Below, one piece after another: positions 40,167 through 49,637 of a stretch of DNA of 64,000 nucleotides. The notes beneath the pieces were generated by a model. That model ran no database searches. It was not told where the DNA came from and saw only the letters and a list, made by a program, of their open reading frames with translations. Numbering within the stretch: the stretch's first letter is position 1; each line of letters begins with the position of its first letter. The stretch is from Candidatus Geohabitans tengchongensis (GTDB lineage: Bacteria > Sysuimicrobiota > Sysuimicrobiia > Sysuimicrobiales > Humicultoraceae). Both the position numbers and the translations under genes were made by a program. Where the stretch lies: assembly GCA_031459625.1 (NCBI GenBank), contig JAVKIH010000009.1:22339-86338 (forward strand), read 5' to 3'.

Positions 40167-41005
40167 CCGGACCGTCGCGCGAGGCGGCCCTGACCGTGCG
40201 CGTCCTGTCGCAGCAGGAGGCCGGCGAGCGGCTGCGGCGGGCGGGGCTGCTGGCCGGGCGGGCGCTGCTCGTGGGGGCGGCGCTGCTGGCCTGGAGCGCC
40301 GCCTCGGGGACGGTGGTAGACGCCCAGTTCGTCAGCGACCCGCTCTCGGTCGCCCGCGCCCTCGCCGCACTGGCCGCGTCCGGGCGGCTGTGGCCGAACC
40401 TGGGCCAGACCGTGGCGGAGGTCCTCATCGGCTACCTCCTTGGCGGGGGGCTCGGGGTGGCGGTGGCCCTACTGGTGGGGGTCGTCCCCACCGCGCAGCG
40501 CGTCCTGCGCCCCTTCCTCCTGGCGTTCTACGCCATCCCGAAGATCGCGCTCGCCCCGCTGATCGTCATGTGGTTCGGGCTGGGCCTCGCCCCCAAGGTG
40601 CTGCTGGCGGCGATCTTCGTCTTCTTCGTGGTCTTCATGAACGTCGTCACCGGGATCTTCAGCGTGAGCCCCCACCTGGTGGCCACGCTGCGCGTCATGG
40701 GCGCCTCGCGCACGACGCTGCTCTGGAAGGTGACGCTGCCGAGCACGATCCCCTACCTGACCTCGGGGCTGCGCATCGGCATCCCGGAGGCGATGATCGG
40801 CGCGGTCATCGGGGAGTTCATGGCGGCCACGCGCGGGTTGGGCTACCTGGTCAACGCCGCGGCCGCGCAGTTCAACACGACGGTGACGCTGGCGGCCATC
40901 GCCGCGCTGGTCGGCGTCGTCGTCCTCATGGACGGGGTCCTGACCCTGGCGGAGGCGCGGCTGCTCCGGTGGCGCCCCCGGGCGGTGCTGGCCGGCCGGG
41001 CCTGA
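40163..41005 (+). CDS. Nitrate/sulfonate-type ABC permease
   Basis: ATGA overlap; PKIALAPLIVMWFGLG, MGAS, GAVIGEF, GLGYL. Confidence 0.9.
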   Translation: MTGPSREAALTVRVLSQQEAGERLRRAGLLAGRALLVGAALLAWSAASGTVVDAQFVSDPLSVARALAALAASGRLWPNLGQTVAEVLIGYLLGGGLGVAVALLVGVVPTAQRVLRPFLLAFYAIPKIALAPLIVMWFGLGLAPKVLLAAIFVFFVVFMNVVTGIFSVSPHLVATLRVMGASRTTLLWKVTLPSTIPYLTSGLRIGIPEAMIGAVIGEFMAATRGLGYLVNAAAAQFNTTVTLAAIAALVGVVVLMDGVLTLAEARLLRWRPRAVLAGRA

Positions 41006-41064
41006 CGGACTGTCGAGACGGCGGGCCTGAGGGCCCGCCGAGACGGTGGGAGGAGGTGGCAGGA

Positions 41065-42090
41065 GTGCAGAGGACGTGGAGGAGGTTGCTCGGGCTCGCC
41101 CTGGCGGCCGCGCTGGTGGTGGGGTCCGTCGCCGTCGCTCCGACGGCGGCCGCGCCGACGCGGGTGAAGCAGGCCGGGTTCAAGGTGGTGGACCTGGCCG
41201 TCCCCTTCCTGGCCCAGGCCCGCGGCGCCTTCGCCCGCCACGGGCTGGCCTGGGAGTACGTCGAGATCGACAGCGGGAAGCTCGGCGTCTCGGCGTTGCT
41301 CAGCGGCAACGTCCAGTTCGTCGACCTGGCCCTGGACGACGTCGTCGCCCTCCAGCGGGAGGGCCGCGACCCGATTCTCGTCTACTCCATGGTCAACGCC
41401 CTGACCATGGACCTGGTGGTCCGGAACGACGTGCTGGCGCGGCTCGGCGTCACGCCCCGCTCCCCGCTGGAGGCCCGCTTGAAGGCCCTGCGCGGCCTCA
41501 CCTTCGGCATCACCCGGCCGGGGGCGGTGACGCAGCTCTTCCCCCAGTACCTGTTGCGCAAGGCCGGCTACGACCCGGAGAAGGACGCCACCTTCGTCCA
41601 GGTCGGCCCGGGGCAGGCCCTGGTCGCGGCGATGAAGAGCCGGCGCATCGACGCCTTCATGCTCTCGGCTCCGGCACCCTACCTGCTCGAGCGGGACGGG
41701 GTGGGGACGGTCCTCATCAAGAACTCCGCCGGGGACGGCCCGCCGGAGTTCGCCGACTTCGCCTTCGAGTCGATCGCTGTGCTGCGGGGGTGGGCGGAGC
41801 GCCACCGCCCGGTGGTCACCGCCTACATCCGGGCCCTGAACGAGACCTACACCTGGATGGTGGCCAACCGCGCCGCCGCCCTGCGGGCACTCCAGCCCTT
41901 CTTCCCCGACACCGACGCGGCCACGCTGCGGCTCTCCTTCGAGGCGCTCATCCCGGCCATCAAGCCGGGCGGGCGCCTCTCGGAGCGGGCCGTCCGTAAC
42001 CAGGCGCAGGTGCTGGTGGCGATCGGCGCACTGGACGCCATGCCCGCCACGCGCGAAGGGGTGCTGTGGACCAATCGCTACCACCGGTAG
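41065..42090 (+). CDS. ABC substrate-binding protein (SsuA/THI5-like) 1
   Basis: GTG 41065 behind GGAGG, signal peptide, LRGLTFGITRPG, IDAFM, C-terminal LWTN. Confidence 0.87.
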   Translation: MQRTWRRLLGLALAAALVVGSVAVAPTAAAPTRVKQAGFKVVDLAVPFLAQARGAFARHGLAWEYVEIDSGKLGVSALLSGNVQFVDLALDDVVALQREGRDPILVYSMVNALTMDLVVRNDVLARLGVTPRSPLEARLKALRGLTFGITRPGAVTQLFPQYLLRKAGYDPEKDATFVQVGPGQALVAAMKSRRIDAFMLSAPAPYLLERDGVGTVLIKNSAGDGPPEFADFAFESIAVLRGWAERHRPVVTAYIRALNETYTWMVANRAAALRALQPFFPDTDAATLRLSFEALIPAIKPGGRLSERAVRNQAQVLVAIGALDAMPATREGVLWTNRYHR

Positions 42091-43400
42091 TCGACCTGCA
42101 GGAGGCGGTGCGGGAGGTCATCGGCCGCCGCCGGAGGGAGTACGTGCGCTGGCTCACCGAGGTCGTGGCCACCCCCAGCGTGAACCCGCGCTACCCGGGC
42201 GGGACGGGCGAAGGAGCGGTCCAGGCCCGCCTGGCCGCCCTCCTGGCCGCGGAGGGAATCGTGGCGACGCTGCGCCCCGTCGACCGCGAGGCCGCGGCCC
42301 GCCTCGCGCCGGACGTGCCGCTGAGCGCGTCCTACGAGGGTCGGCCGAACCTGCTCGCCCACCTGGGCCCCCCGCGCCACCTCCTCCTCCTGACCAGCCA
42401 CAGCGACGTCGCCGGGGTGGCCGCCGACGAGGGGTGGCGCCACGACCCGTTCACGCCGCGCCTGGCGGGCGGGGAACTGGCCGGTCGGGGCGCCGTGGAC
42501 GCCAAGGGGGCGCTGGTGGCGATGGCGGCGGCGCTGGCCACGGTCCGTGCGCTGGAGGTTCCGCTGCAGCGCGGTGTGCTGCTCGCCAGTGTGGTCGACG
42601 AGGAGGCAGGGGGCGGGGGGATCCTCGGGCTGCTGGCCGACGGCGTGCGTCCGGCCGCGGCCGTGGTGGGCGAGCCCACCGACCTGCGCGTGTGCCCGGC
42701 TACGCGCGGCCACTGGCTGGTGCGCCTCACCGTGCCCGGACGGCCGGCGCACCCCGGGCTGGCGCACGAAGGGGTGAACCCGGTGGACCCGGCCTACCGC
42801 CTGGTCCAGGCGGTGCGGGCGGCCGCAACCCTGCTGGACCGCACGCGGCCGCACCCGCTGTGGGCGCACCAGCCGGTGCAGCACGTCTGCAACCTGGCCA
42901 CCTTCGAGGCGGGCCGCTGGGGCCAGAGCGCGGCGGTCCCCGCTGAGGCGCGGCTCGAGGTCATGGTGGGGACCGTCGGGGCGGAGTCCCTGGACGAGGT
43001 GCGGGCGGTGGTCGACCGGGTGCTGGAAGAGGCCGCCCGCGGCGACCCGTGGCTGGCCGCCCACCCGCCCCGGGTGGAGTGGACCGCCCGGCGCCACCGC
43101 GGCGCGGAGACACCGCCGGACGCGCCGGTGGTGACGTTGCTGCGGTGGGCGGTGGCGAGGGCCACCGGACGGCCGGCGCGGGTGGAGGGGCTCAGCGCCG
43201 TGACCGACATGCGCCACCTGGTGTGGTCGGGCGGCGTGCCCACCGTGAACGTCGGTCCAGGGGACATGCGTGTCGCCCACACGGCGGCCGAGACCCTCCC
43301 GCTCCAGGCCTTCCTGGCTGCGGTGGAGGTCTATGCGCTGGCCATCCTGGGGTGGGGCGGCGGCCTGCCGGTGGGCTCTGGAGAGGAGGGAGTGATGTGA
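42066..43400 (+). CDS. M20 family ArgE/DapE-like deacylase; start uncertain
   Basis: SHSDV, GRGAVDAKG, VVDEE, VGEPT, AH..E canonical motifs. Confidence 0.9.
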   Translation: MDQSLPPVVDLQEAVREVIGRRRREYVRWLTEVVATPSVNPRYPGGTGEGAVQARLAALLAAEGIVATLRPVDREAAARLAPDVPLSASYEGRPNLLAHLGPPRHLLLLTSHSDVAGVAADEGWRHDPFTPRLAGGELAGRGAVDAKGALVAMAAALATVRALEVPLQRGVLLASVVDEEAGGGGILGLLADGVRPAAAVVGEPTDLRVCPATRGHWLVRLTVPGRPAHPGLAHEGVNPVDPAYRLVQAVRAAATLLDRTRPHPLWAHQPVQHVCNLATFEAGRWGQSAAVPAEARLEVMVGTVGAESLDEVRAVVDRVLEEAARGDPWLAAHPPRVEWTARRHRGAETPPDAPVVTLLRWAVARATGRPARVEGLSAVTDMRHLVWSGGVPTVNVGPGDMRVAHTAAETLPLQAFLAAVEVYALAILGWGGGLPVGSGEEGVM

Positions 43401-44416
43401 GGAAGGCCGCAGGGGTTGCAACGCTCGTCCTGGCGGTGCTGCTCGCGGCGACGGTGGTCCCCTCGCACGGGCAGGCGCCGATCAAGCTGCGCCAGACCGG
43501 GTTCCGGGTCCTGTACATGGCCCCGGTCTACCTGGGCATCGAGCGCGGGTTTTTCCGCGAGGAGGGGATCGACCTCGAGTACGTCGAGATCCAGAGCGGC
43601 GTGCTGGGGCCGGCCTCGCTGGTGGGCGGCCAGGCCCACTTCTCGGACATCGACCCGCTGCAGACGGCCGAGCTGCGCACCCAGGGGTACTCCCTGCTCA
43701 TGATCTACAACCTGGTGAACCGCGTGACGCTGGACTTCATCCTGCGCAATGAGGTGGCCGACCGGCTGCGGGTGACCCGCCAAACGCCGCTCCCGGAGCG
43801 CTTCCGGGCCCTGCGCGGCCTCAACATCGGCATCACCCGCCCGGGGGCACCCACTGACATCTTCCCCCGCTACTTCCTGCGGCGGGCCGGGCTCGACCCC
43901 GACCGCGACGCCAACCTGGTGCAGGTGGGCGGGGTGCCGGCCCTGGCGGCGGCCTTCCGGGCCGGTCGGATTGACGGGTTCATGCTCTCGCCCCCGCTCC
44001 CGCAGCAGCTGGAGCAGGAAGGGCTGGGCCGGATCATCATCAAGAACACGGCCGGCGATGTCCCCGAGCTGAGCAACCTCACCTACGTCGCCCACGTGGT
44101 GACGAAGGCCTTTGCCCGGAACAACCCGCGGCTCGTGCGCGCCTACGTGCGCGGCCTCCAGCGGGCCAACGCCTGGATGCGCCAGAATCCCACCGACGCC
44201 CTGCGCCTGCTGCACCAGAAGTACTTCACCGACACCTCCCCCGAGGTGCTGCGCCTCTCCTGGGATGCCCTGCTGCCGGCGATCAGCCGCGACGGCCGCT
44301 TCACGGAAGCCGGCATCAAGGCCTACCTGAACGTCTTCGAGACCATCGGGCAGACCTTCCGCATCGACACCAGCGAGGGCGACCTGTGGACCAACGAGTT
44401 CCTCAGCGGACGCTGA
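43397..44416 (+). CDS. ABC substrate-binding protein (SsuA/THI5-like) 2
   Basis: GTGA overlap; signal peptide, GFFREEGID, LRGLNIGITRPG, LWTNEF. Confidence 0.88.
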   Translation: MRKAAGVATLVLAVLLAATVVPSHGQAPIKLRQTGFRVLYMAPVYLGIERGFFREEGIDLEYVEIQSGVLGPASLVGGQAHFSDIDPLQTAELRTQGYSLLMIYNLVNRVTLDFILRNEVADRLRVTRQTPLPERFRALRGLNIGITRPGAPTDIFPRYFLRRAGLDPDRDANLVQVGGVPALAAAFRAGRIDGFMLSPPLPQQLEQEGLGRIIIKNTAGDVPELSNLTYVAHVVTKAFARNNPRLVRAYVRGLQRANAWMRQNPTDALRLLHQKYFTDTSPEVLRLSWDALLPAISRDGRFTEAGIKAYLNVFETIGQTFRIDTSEGDLWTNEFLSGR

Positions 44417-44496
44417 CCGCACCGGAGGGGGACGGCGTGCGACCGGACGGGGCGGAGCCGCCCCGGGCGCTCGTCGGCGCTCCCGGGGAGACGGCG

Positions 44497-45306
44497 ATGC
44501 AGGCGGCCATTGAGCTGCGGGACGTCTACCGGCTCTTCACGCTGCCCCGCGGCCGCAGCATCGACGCCTTCGTGGCCCTGGAGGGGGTCTCGCTCCGCGT
44601 GGCCGAGGGGGAGTTCGTCTCCATCGTAGGACCCAGCGGCTGCGGGAAGTCGACCATCCTCAACCTGATCGCGGGCCTCCTGGCCCCCACCGCGGGCCAG
44701 GTGGTCGTCTTCGGGCGCCCCGTGCGCGGCCTCAACCGGGCGGTGGGGTACGTGACCCAGGACGACAACCTCCTCCCCTGGCGCACCACGCTGGCCAACG
44801 TGGCCATGCCCCTGGAGTTCCGCGGCGTGCCGGCGGACCGCCGCCGCGCCCGGGCCGCGGCGCTCATCGCCCAGGTGGGCCTGCAGGGGTTCGAGCACCA
44901 CTACCCGCACGAGCTCTCGGGCGGGATGCGCAAGCGCGCCTCCATCGCCCGCACCCTGGCCTACGACCCGGTGGCGCTCCTGATGGACGAGCCGTTCGGG
45001 CCGCTCGACGCCCAGACCCGCGTGATCCTCCAGGACCAGCTGCTGCGGATGTGGGAGGGGTCGGGGCGGACGGTGGTCTTCGTCACCCACGACCTGGTGG
45101 AGGCCGTGGCGCTGAGCGACCGGGTTATCGTCATGACGCGCGCGCCGGGCCGCTTCAAGCGGGAGGTCGTCGTGGACATCCCCCGGCCGCGGGACGTCTT
45201 CCACATCCACGCCCACCCGCGCTTCCCCCTGCTCTACGAGGCCATCTGGCAGGAGCTGCGGGAGGAGCTGGGGCGGGACGCGCTGGGACCCGGGCCGGGG
45301 CGCTGA
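44497..45306 (+). CDS. Nitrate/sulfonate-type ABC ATP-binding protein
   Basis: GPSGCGKST, VGYVTQDDNLLPWRT, YPHELSGGMRKR. Confidence 0.92.
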   Translation: MQAAIELRDVYRLFTLPRGRSIDAFVALEGVSLRVAEGEFVSIVGPSGCGKSTILNLIAGLLAPTAGQVVVFGRPVRGLNRAVGYVTQDDNLLPWRTTLANVAMPLEFRGVPADRRRARAAALIAQVGLQGFEHHYPHELSGGMRKRASIARTLAYDPVALLMDEPFGPLDAQTRVILQDQLLRMWEGSGRTVVFVTHDLVEAVALSDRVIVMTRAPGRFKREVVVDIPRPRDVFHIHAHPRFPLLYEAIWQELREELGRDALGPGPGR

Positions 45307-45331
45307 GGCCCGGGGGAAGGAGGAAGGCTCG

Positions 45332-46195
45332 ATGGCGGTCGCCGAGACGGCAGGACGGCCGGAGGTCGTGCAGCGCCTCAAAGCGGCGGTGGCGGCACGG
45401 GAGCGGGAGCGGCGACGGCGCGAGCGCGCCGTCATCCTGGCCGGCCGGGTCCTCATCGTCGTCGGGCTGCTGACGAGCTGGGAGGCGCTCTCCGGCCGGG
45501 TGCTGGATCCGTTCTTCGTGAGCAGCCCCTCCCGCATCGCCCGCGCCTTCGTCGACCTGCTGCTCCACCACGAGCTCCTGGTGCACGCCCAGTACACGAC
45601 CATCGAGACGCTGGCGGGGTTCGCCATCGGGTCGGCGGCGGGCATCGCCCTGGCCTTCCTGCTGACCTCCCTCGGACGCCTGTACGAGATGACCGAGCCC
45701 ATCCTGGTGGCGCTCTACGGGATCCCGCGCACGGCGCTGGCCCCCCTGTTCATCATGTGGTTCGGCATCGGCATCACCAGCAAGATCGTCATCGCCGCGC
45801 TCTTCGTCTTCTTCGTCGTCTTCATGAACACCGTGGCGGGCATCCGCGGCACCAGCCCGCAGATGGTGGACCTGGTCCGGCTGATGGGGGCCAGCGGCGG
45901 CGACGTCCTGGTGAAGGTCGTCCTCCCCTCGGCCCTGCCCTACATCCTCACGGCGCTGCGGATCGTCGTCCCCACCGCCATGATCGGGGCCATCGTGGGG
46001 GAGTTCATCTCGGCCCAGCGGGGCCTGGGGTTCCTGATCAGCCGGTCCACCTTCGAGTTCTCGACCCATGCGGCGTTCGCCGGGATCTTCGCCCTCATGG
46101 TGGTGGTGGTCGTGATGAACGCCGCGATCGGGGCCGTCGAGCGGCCGCTCATGCGGTGGCGGCCGCAGCAGCGCATCTCCGGGAACGGCGGGTGA
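45332..46195 (+). CDS. Nitrate/sulfonate-type ABC permease
   Basis: PRTALAPLFIMWFGIG, MGAS, GAIVGEF, GLGFLI. Confidence 0.9.
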   Translation: MAVAETAGRPEVVQRLKAAVAARERERRRRERAVILAGRVLIVVGLLTSWEALSGRVLDPFFVSSPSRIARAFVDLLLHHELLVHAQYTTIETLAGFAIGSAAGIALAFLLTSLGRLYEMTEPILVALYGIPRTALAPLFIMWFGIGITSKIVIAALFVFFVVFMNTVAGIRGTSPQMVDLVRLMGASGGDVLVKVVLPSALPYILTALRIVVPTAMIGAIVGEFISAQRGLGFLISRSTFEFSTHAAFAGIFALMVVVVVMNAAIGAVERPLMRWRPQQRISGNGG

Positions 46196-46239
46196 CGGCG
46201 CGCCGGCCCGGGGAGGGCGTGTCCGAGGAGGGAGGGAGC

Positions 46240-47265
46240 ATGCGGCGAGTGACGATGTGGGTACTCGTAGTGCTGGCTGGAGTGACCCTGGCCGCCCCGG
46301 CGGGCGGGCAGGGGCTGACCCGCGTGAAGTTCTCGTACTTCCCCGCGTTCCACACGATGACCGTGATGGTGGCCTCGGGGCTCGACCTCTTCCGTCAGGA
46401 GGGGCTGGACGTCGAGATGATCCAGGCCAGCAGCGGGGCGCTGCAGCCGATCCAGCTCATCAGCGGCGAGGTGGACCTGACCACCGTCGGGCTGGAGAAC
46501 GTCGTCGCCCTGCGGCGCGAGGGCAAGCTGACGACCCACATCTACGTCCTGGTCAAGCGCATGAGCCAGGACTTCGTCGTGCGCAACGAGGTGCTGCGGG
46601 CCCGGGGCGTGACGCCCCAGGATCCCATCGAGCGCCGGCTGGCCGCCCTGCGCGGGATGCGCATCGGCTACACCCTGCCCAACGCCCCCACCGACCGCTA
46701 CGCCCGCTACTACCTGCAGAAGGCGGGGCTGGTGCCGGGCCGGGACGCCGAGATGGTCCAGGTGGGCTCGCCGACCTCGCTGGTGGGGGCGATCCGTCAG
46801 GGGCGCATCGACGCGTTCATGCTCACCCCGCCCACGCCCCAGCTCGTCGAGCTGGACGGTATCGGCACCATCCTCATCTACGGGACGCGCGGGGACGTGC
46901 GGGAACTGGACAACTACCCGTACACAGGGCTGTCCGTCCGCACGGAGTGGGGGCGCCGCAACCGGGACACCCTGGTCCGGTTCGTCCGCGCGCTGCACCG
47001 CGCCCGCCAGCTCATCGCCACCGACCGGGAGCGTTCCCTGCAGGCCCTGCGCCGCTTCTTCCCCCAGATGGAGGAGCGCGCGCTGCGGGCGGGGTACGAG
47101 GCCATGCTCCCGGCCCTCTCCGAGGACGGCTCCCTCGACCAGGCCACCGTGAAGCGCTTCCTCGACCTGGGCTTCGAGATCGGACTGCTCACCGGGACCC
47201 GTCCGTCGGATCGGGAGGGCGTGCTGTGGACCAACGAGTTCGTCCGGCTGGCCAGGGGCCGCTAG
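46240..47265 (+). CDS. ABC substrate-binding protein (SsuA/THI5-like) 3
   Basis: ATG behind GGAGG, signal peptide, FRQEGLDVE, LRGMRIG, LWTNEF. Confidence 0.88.
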   Translation: MRRVTMWVLVVLAGVTLAAPAGGQGLTRVKFSYFPAFHTMTVMVASGLDLFRQEGLDVEMIQASSGALQPIQLISGEVDLTTVGLENVVALRREGKLTTHIYVLVKRMSQDFVVRNEVLRARGVTPQDPIERRLAALRGMRIGYTLPNAPTDRYARYYLQKAGLVPGRDAEMVQVGSPTSLVGAIRQGRIDAFMLTPPTPQLVELDGIGTILIYGTRGDVRELDNYPYTGLSVRTEWGRRNRDTLVRFVRALHRARQLIATDRERSLQALRRFFPQMEERALRAGYEAMLPALSEDGSLDQATVKRFLDLGFEIGLLTGTRPSDREGVLWTNEFVRLARGR

Positions 47266-47296
47266 CCGTCCGGCCGGCCGGGAGCCGCGAGGAGGG

Positions 47297-48475
47297 ATGG
47301 CGATGGCTGTGACGTTGCCGCCGATCACCCGGACGCCCGTCTTCCCCCGGGAGGAGTTCGAGGCCCGACTGGCGCGCGTGCGGGCGGCCCTGAACGAGCG
47401 CGGGGACGACGCCCTGCTGGCCTTCGCGCCCGAGACGCTCTTCTACCTCACCGGCTACCAGACGTTCGCCGGGCGCACCTACGCGGCGCTGCTCGTGCCC
47501 CCCCGCGGGGCGCCGGTGCTGGTCCTGCGCTTCCTGGAGTCCTTCCTGGCCGCGCTCTACAGCGAGGTGGCCGAGGTGGTCACCTACGACGACCACGAAG
47601 ACCCCCTGGAGGTGACGGCCGCCGCGGTGCGGGCGCGCGGGTTCGGCCGCGCCCGGGTGGCCTTCGAGGAAGGGGCCCCGGGGCTGAGCGCGGCCGTGCG
47701 CCGCCGCCTCGGCGGGCTCCTCGATGGGGTGACGGCCAGCGACGGCACCGCCATCGTCGAGCGCCTGCGCCGGGTGAAGTCCCCCCGCGAGGTCGAGCAC
47801 ATGCGCCGCGCCGCCCGCATGACCGAGGCGGGGATGCGGGCCGGCCTGGAGGCGTGCCGCCCCGGCGCCACGGAGAACGACGTGGCAGCGGCGGCCATGG
47901 CCGCCCTCGCGCGCGCCGGGTCCGAGTACTTCCCGTGCGACCCCATCATCACCTCGGGCTACCGCGCGGGCATCCCCCACACCAGCTTCGAGCGCCGCCG
48001 CCTCGAGCCGGGCGACACGGTGCTGCTGGAGATGACCGGGGTCTACGGCCGCTACGTCGCGCCGCTGATGCGGGCCGCCGTCCTGGGCGAGCCCTCCCCG
48101 GCGGTGCGGCGCATGGCCGACCTCTGCCTGGAGGGTCTGGAACGCGCCATCCAGGCCGTCCGGCCGGGGGCCACCGCCGGCGAGGTGGACGACGCCTGCC
48201 GCCGGGTCATGGAGGAGGCGGGCGTCTACCAGCAGTTCCGCAAGCGCACGGGGTACTCCGTGGGGTTCGCCTTCCCGCCCAACTGGAACGAGGGACACCT
48301 CATCAGCCTGCGCCGCGACGACCCCACCGTGCTGGAACCGGGAATGGTCTTCCACATGCCGCCGGCGCTGCGGGACTACGGGGTGAGCTGCGTGGGGTTC
48401 AGCGAGACCGTCGTGGTGACCGCGCAGGGGTGCGAGGTGCTGACGCACTTCCCGCGGGAGCTGGCTCTCCGGTGA
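47297..48475 (+). CDS. M24-fold hydrolase, creatinase/ectoine hydrolase (DoeA)-like, paralog of 37140-38288
   Basis: FPREEF..R, YLTGY, LEMTGVYGRYVAPLMR, RTGYSVG, GMVFHMP, SETV. Confidence 0.85.
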   Translation: MAMAVTLPPITRTPVFPREEFEARLARVRAALNERGDDALLAFAPETLFYLTGYQTFAGRTYAALLVPPRGAPVLVLRFLESFLAALYSEVAEVVTYDDHEDPLEVTAAAVRARGFGRARVAFEEGAPGLSAAVRRRLGGLLDGVTASDGTAIVERLRRVKSPREVEHMRRAARMTEAGMRAGLEACRPGATENDVAAAAMAALARAGSEYFPCDPIITSGYRAGIPHTSFERRRLEPGDTVLLEMTGVYGRYVAPLMRAAVLGEPSPAVRRMADLCLEGLERAIQAVRPGATAGEVDDACRRVMEEAGVYQQFRKRTGYSVGFAFPPNWNEGHLISLRRDDPTVLEPGMVFHMPPALRDYGVSCVGFSETVVVTAQGCEVLTHFPRELALR

Positions 48476-49635
48476 CCGACCCGCGCGCCTGGGTGGAACG
48501 CCACCGGGAGGACCTCGTGGCTTTCCTGCGGGAGATCGTCGAGCGGGAGAGCCCGACCGAGGCGAAGGCGGCGGTCGACGCGCTGGGGCAGGTCTTCCAG
48601 GAGGCGTACCGCGCCCTGGGGTGCGCGGTGTGCACGGTCCCCCAGGCGTCGTACGGGGACCACGTCGTGGCCGAGACGCCGCCCGTCCCGGGGCCCAGGG
48701 TGCTGCTGGTCGGCCACCTCGACACCGTCTACCCCGTGGGGACGGTGGCGCGGCGTCCCTTCACGCTGCGCGACGGGCGGGCCTACGGCCCGGCGGTGAT
48801 GGACATGAAGGGCGGGCTCGCGGTGATGCTCTTCGCGCTGCGGGCGCTCGCCGCCACCCGCCGCCTGGGCAACGCGCGCGTCGTGCTCAACAGCGACGAG
48901 GAGCCCGGGTCCCCCACCTCGCGGGACCGGTGGGCGGCATGGAGCGCCGACGCCGACTGGGCCTTCGTCCTGGAGCCCGCGCAGCCGGACGGCAGTCTGG
49001 TCCTGCGCCGCAAGGGGGTGGGGATCTTCCGCCTGGAGGTGACGGGCCGCGCGGCGCACGCCGGGGCCGAGCCGGAGCGCGGCGCCAACGCCATCCTCGC
49101 CCTGGCCCACCACGCGCTGGCGGTTGCGGCCCTGGCCGACCCCGCCGCGGGCACGACGGTGAACGTCGGCGTGGTGCGCGGCGGGACCCTCCCCTACGTC
49201 GTGCCGGCCGCCGCCGAGGCGCTGATCGACGTGCGCGTGCCCACCCGGGCGGAGGCGGAGCGCGTGCTCACGGGGCTGCGCGCGCTGGAGGCGGCCGAGC
49301 CGGTGGCGGGGACGCGCCTGCAGGTCCACGGCGCCTTCCACCGCCCGCCCATGGAGCCGGTGGAGGGGACCGCAGCCCTGGCGGCGCTGGTCGAGGCGTG
49401 CGGGCGCGAGGTCGGGCTGGCTGTGCGCTTCACCGCCACCGGCGGAGCCTCCGACGGCAACAACCTGGCCGCGTCCGGCATCCCCACGGTGGATGGCATG
49501 GGCCCGGCTGGGGCGGGGGCCCACAGCGAGGAGGAGTGGGCCGACGTGGCCAGCCTGGTCCAGAAGACGCAGCTGCTCGCCCTCGTGCTGGACCGCCTCT
49601 GGGCGGGGGCGCTGCCCGGGCGGTCGAGGAGGTGA
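48472..49635 (+). CDS. M20 family glutamate carboxypeptidase (CPG2)-like hydrolase
   Basis: GHLDTV, GP..DMKGG, NSDEE.GS, RKG, AHAG, GGASDGN, GAHS. Confidence 0.92.
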   Translation: MTDPRAWVERHREDLVAFLREIVERESPTEAKAAVDALGQVFQEAYRALGCAVCTVPQASYGDHVVAETPPVPGPRVLLVGHLDTVYPVGTVARRPFTLRDGRAYGPAVMDMKGGLAVMLFALRALAATRRLGNARVVLNSDEEPGSPTSRDRWAAWSADADWAFVLEPAQPDGSLVLRRKGVGIFRLEVTGRAAHAGAEPERGANAILALAHHALAVAALADPAAGTTVNVGVVRGGTLPYVVPAAAEALIDVRVPTRAEAERVLTGLRALEAAEPVAGTRLQVHGAFHRPPMEPVEGTAALAALVEACGREVGLAVRFTATGGASDGNNLAASGIPTVDGMGPAGAGAHSEEEWADVASLVQKTQLLALVLDRLWAGALPGRSRR

Positions 49636-49637
49636 CG

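Noticed and set aside
41019..41040. Hairpin cggcgggcc-tgag-ggcccgccg as a terminator
   Set aside because: Short GC stem with no U tract inside an apparent operon; could be chance or a processing site.
37140..48475. Canonical ectoine degradation cluster (doeABCD/eut)
   Set aside because: Only DoeA-like genes are recognisable; no DoeB-type deacetylase, class III aminotransferase, semialdehyde dehydrogenase or Ehu/Tea transporter.
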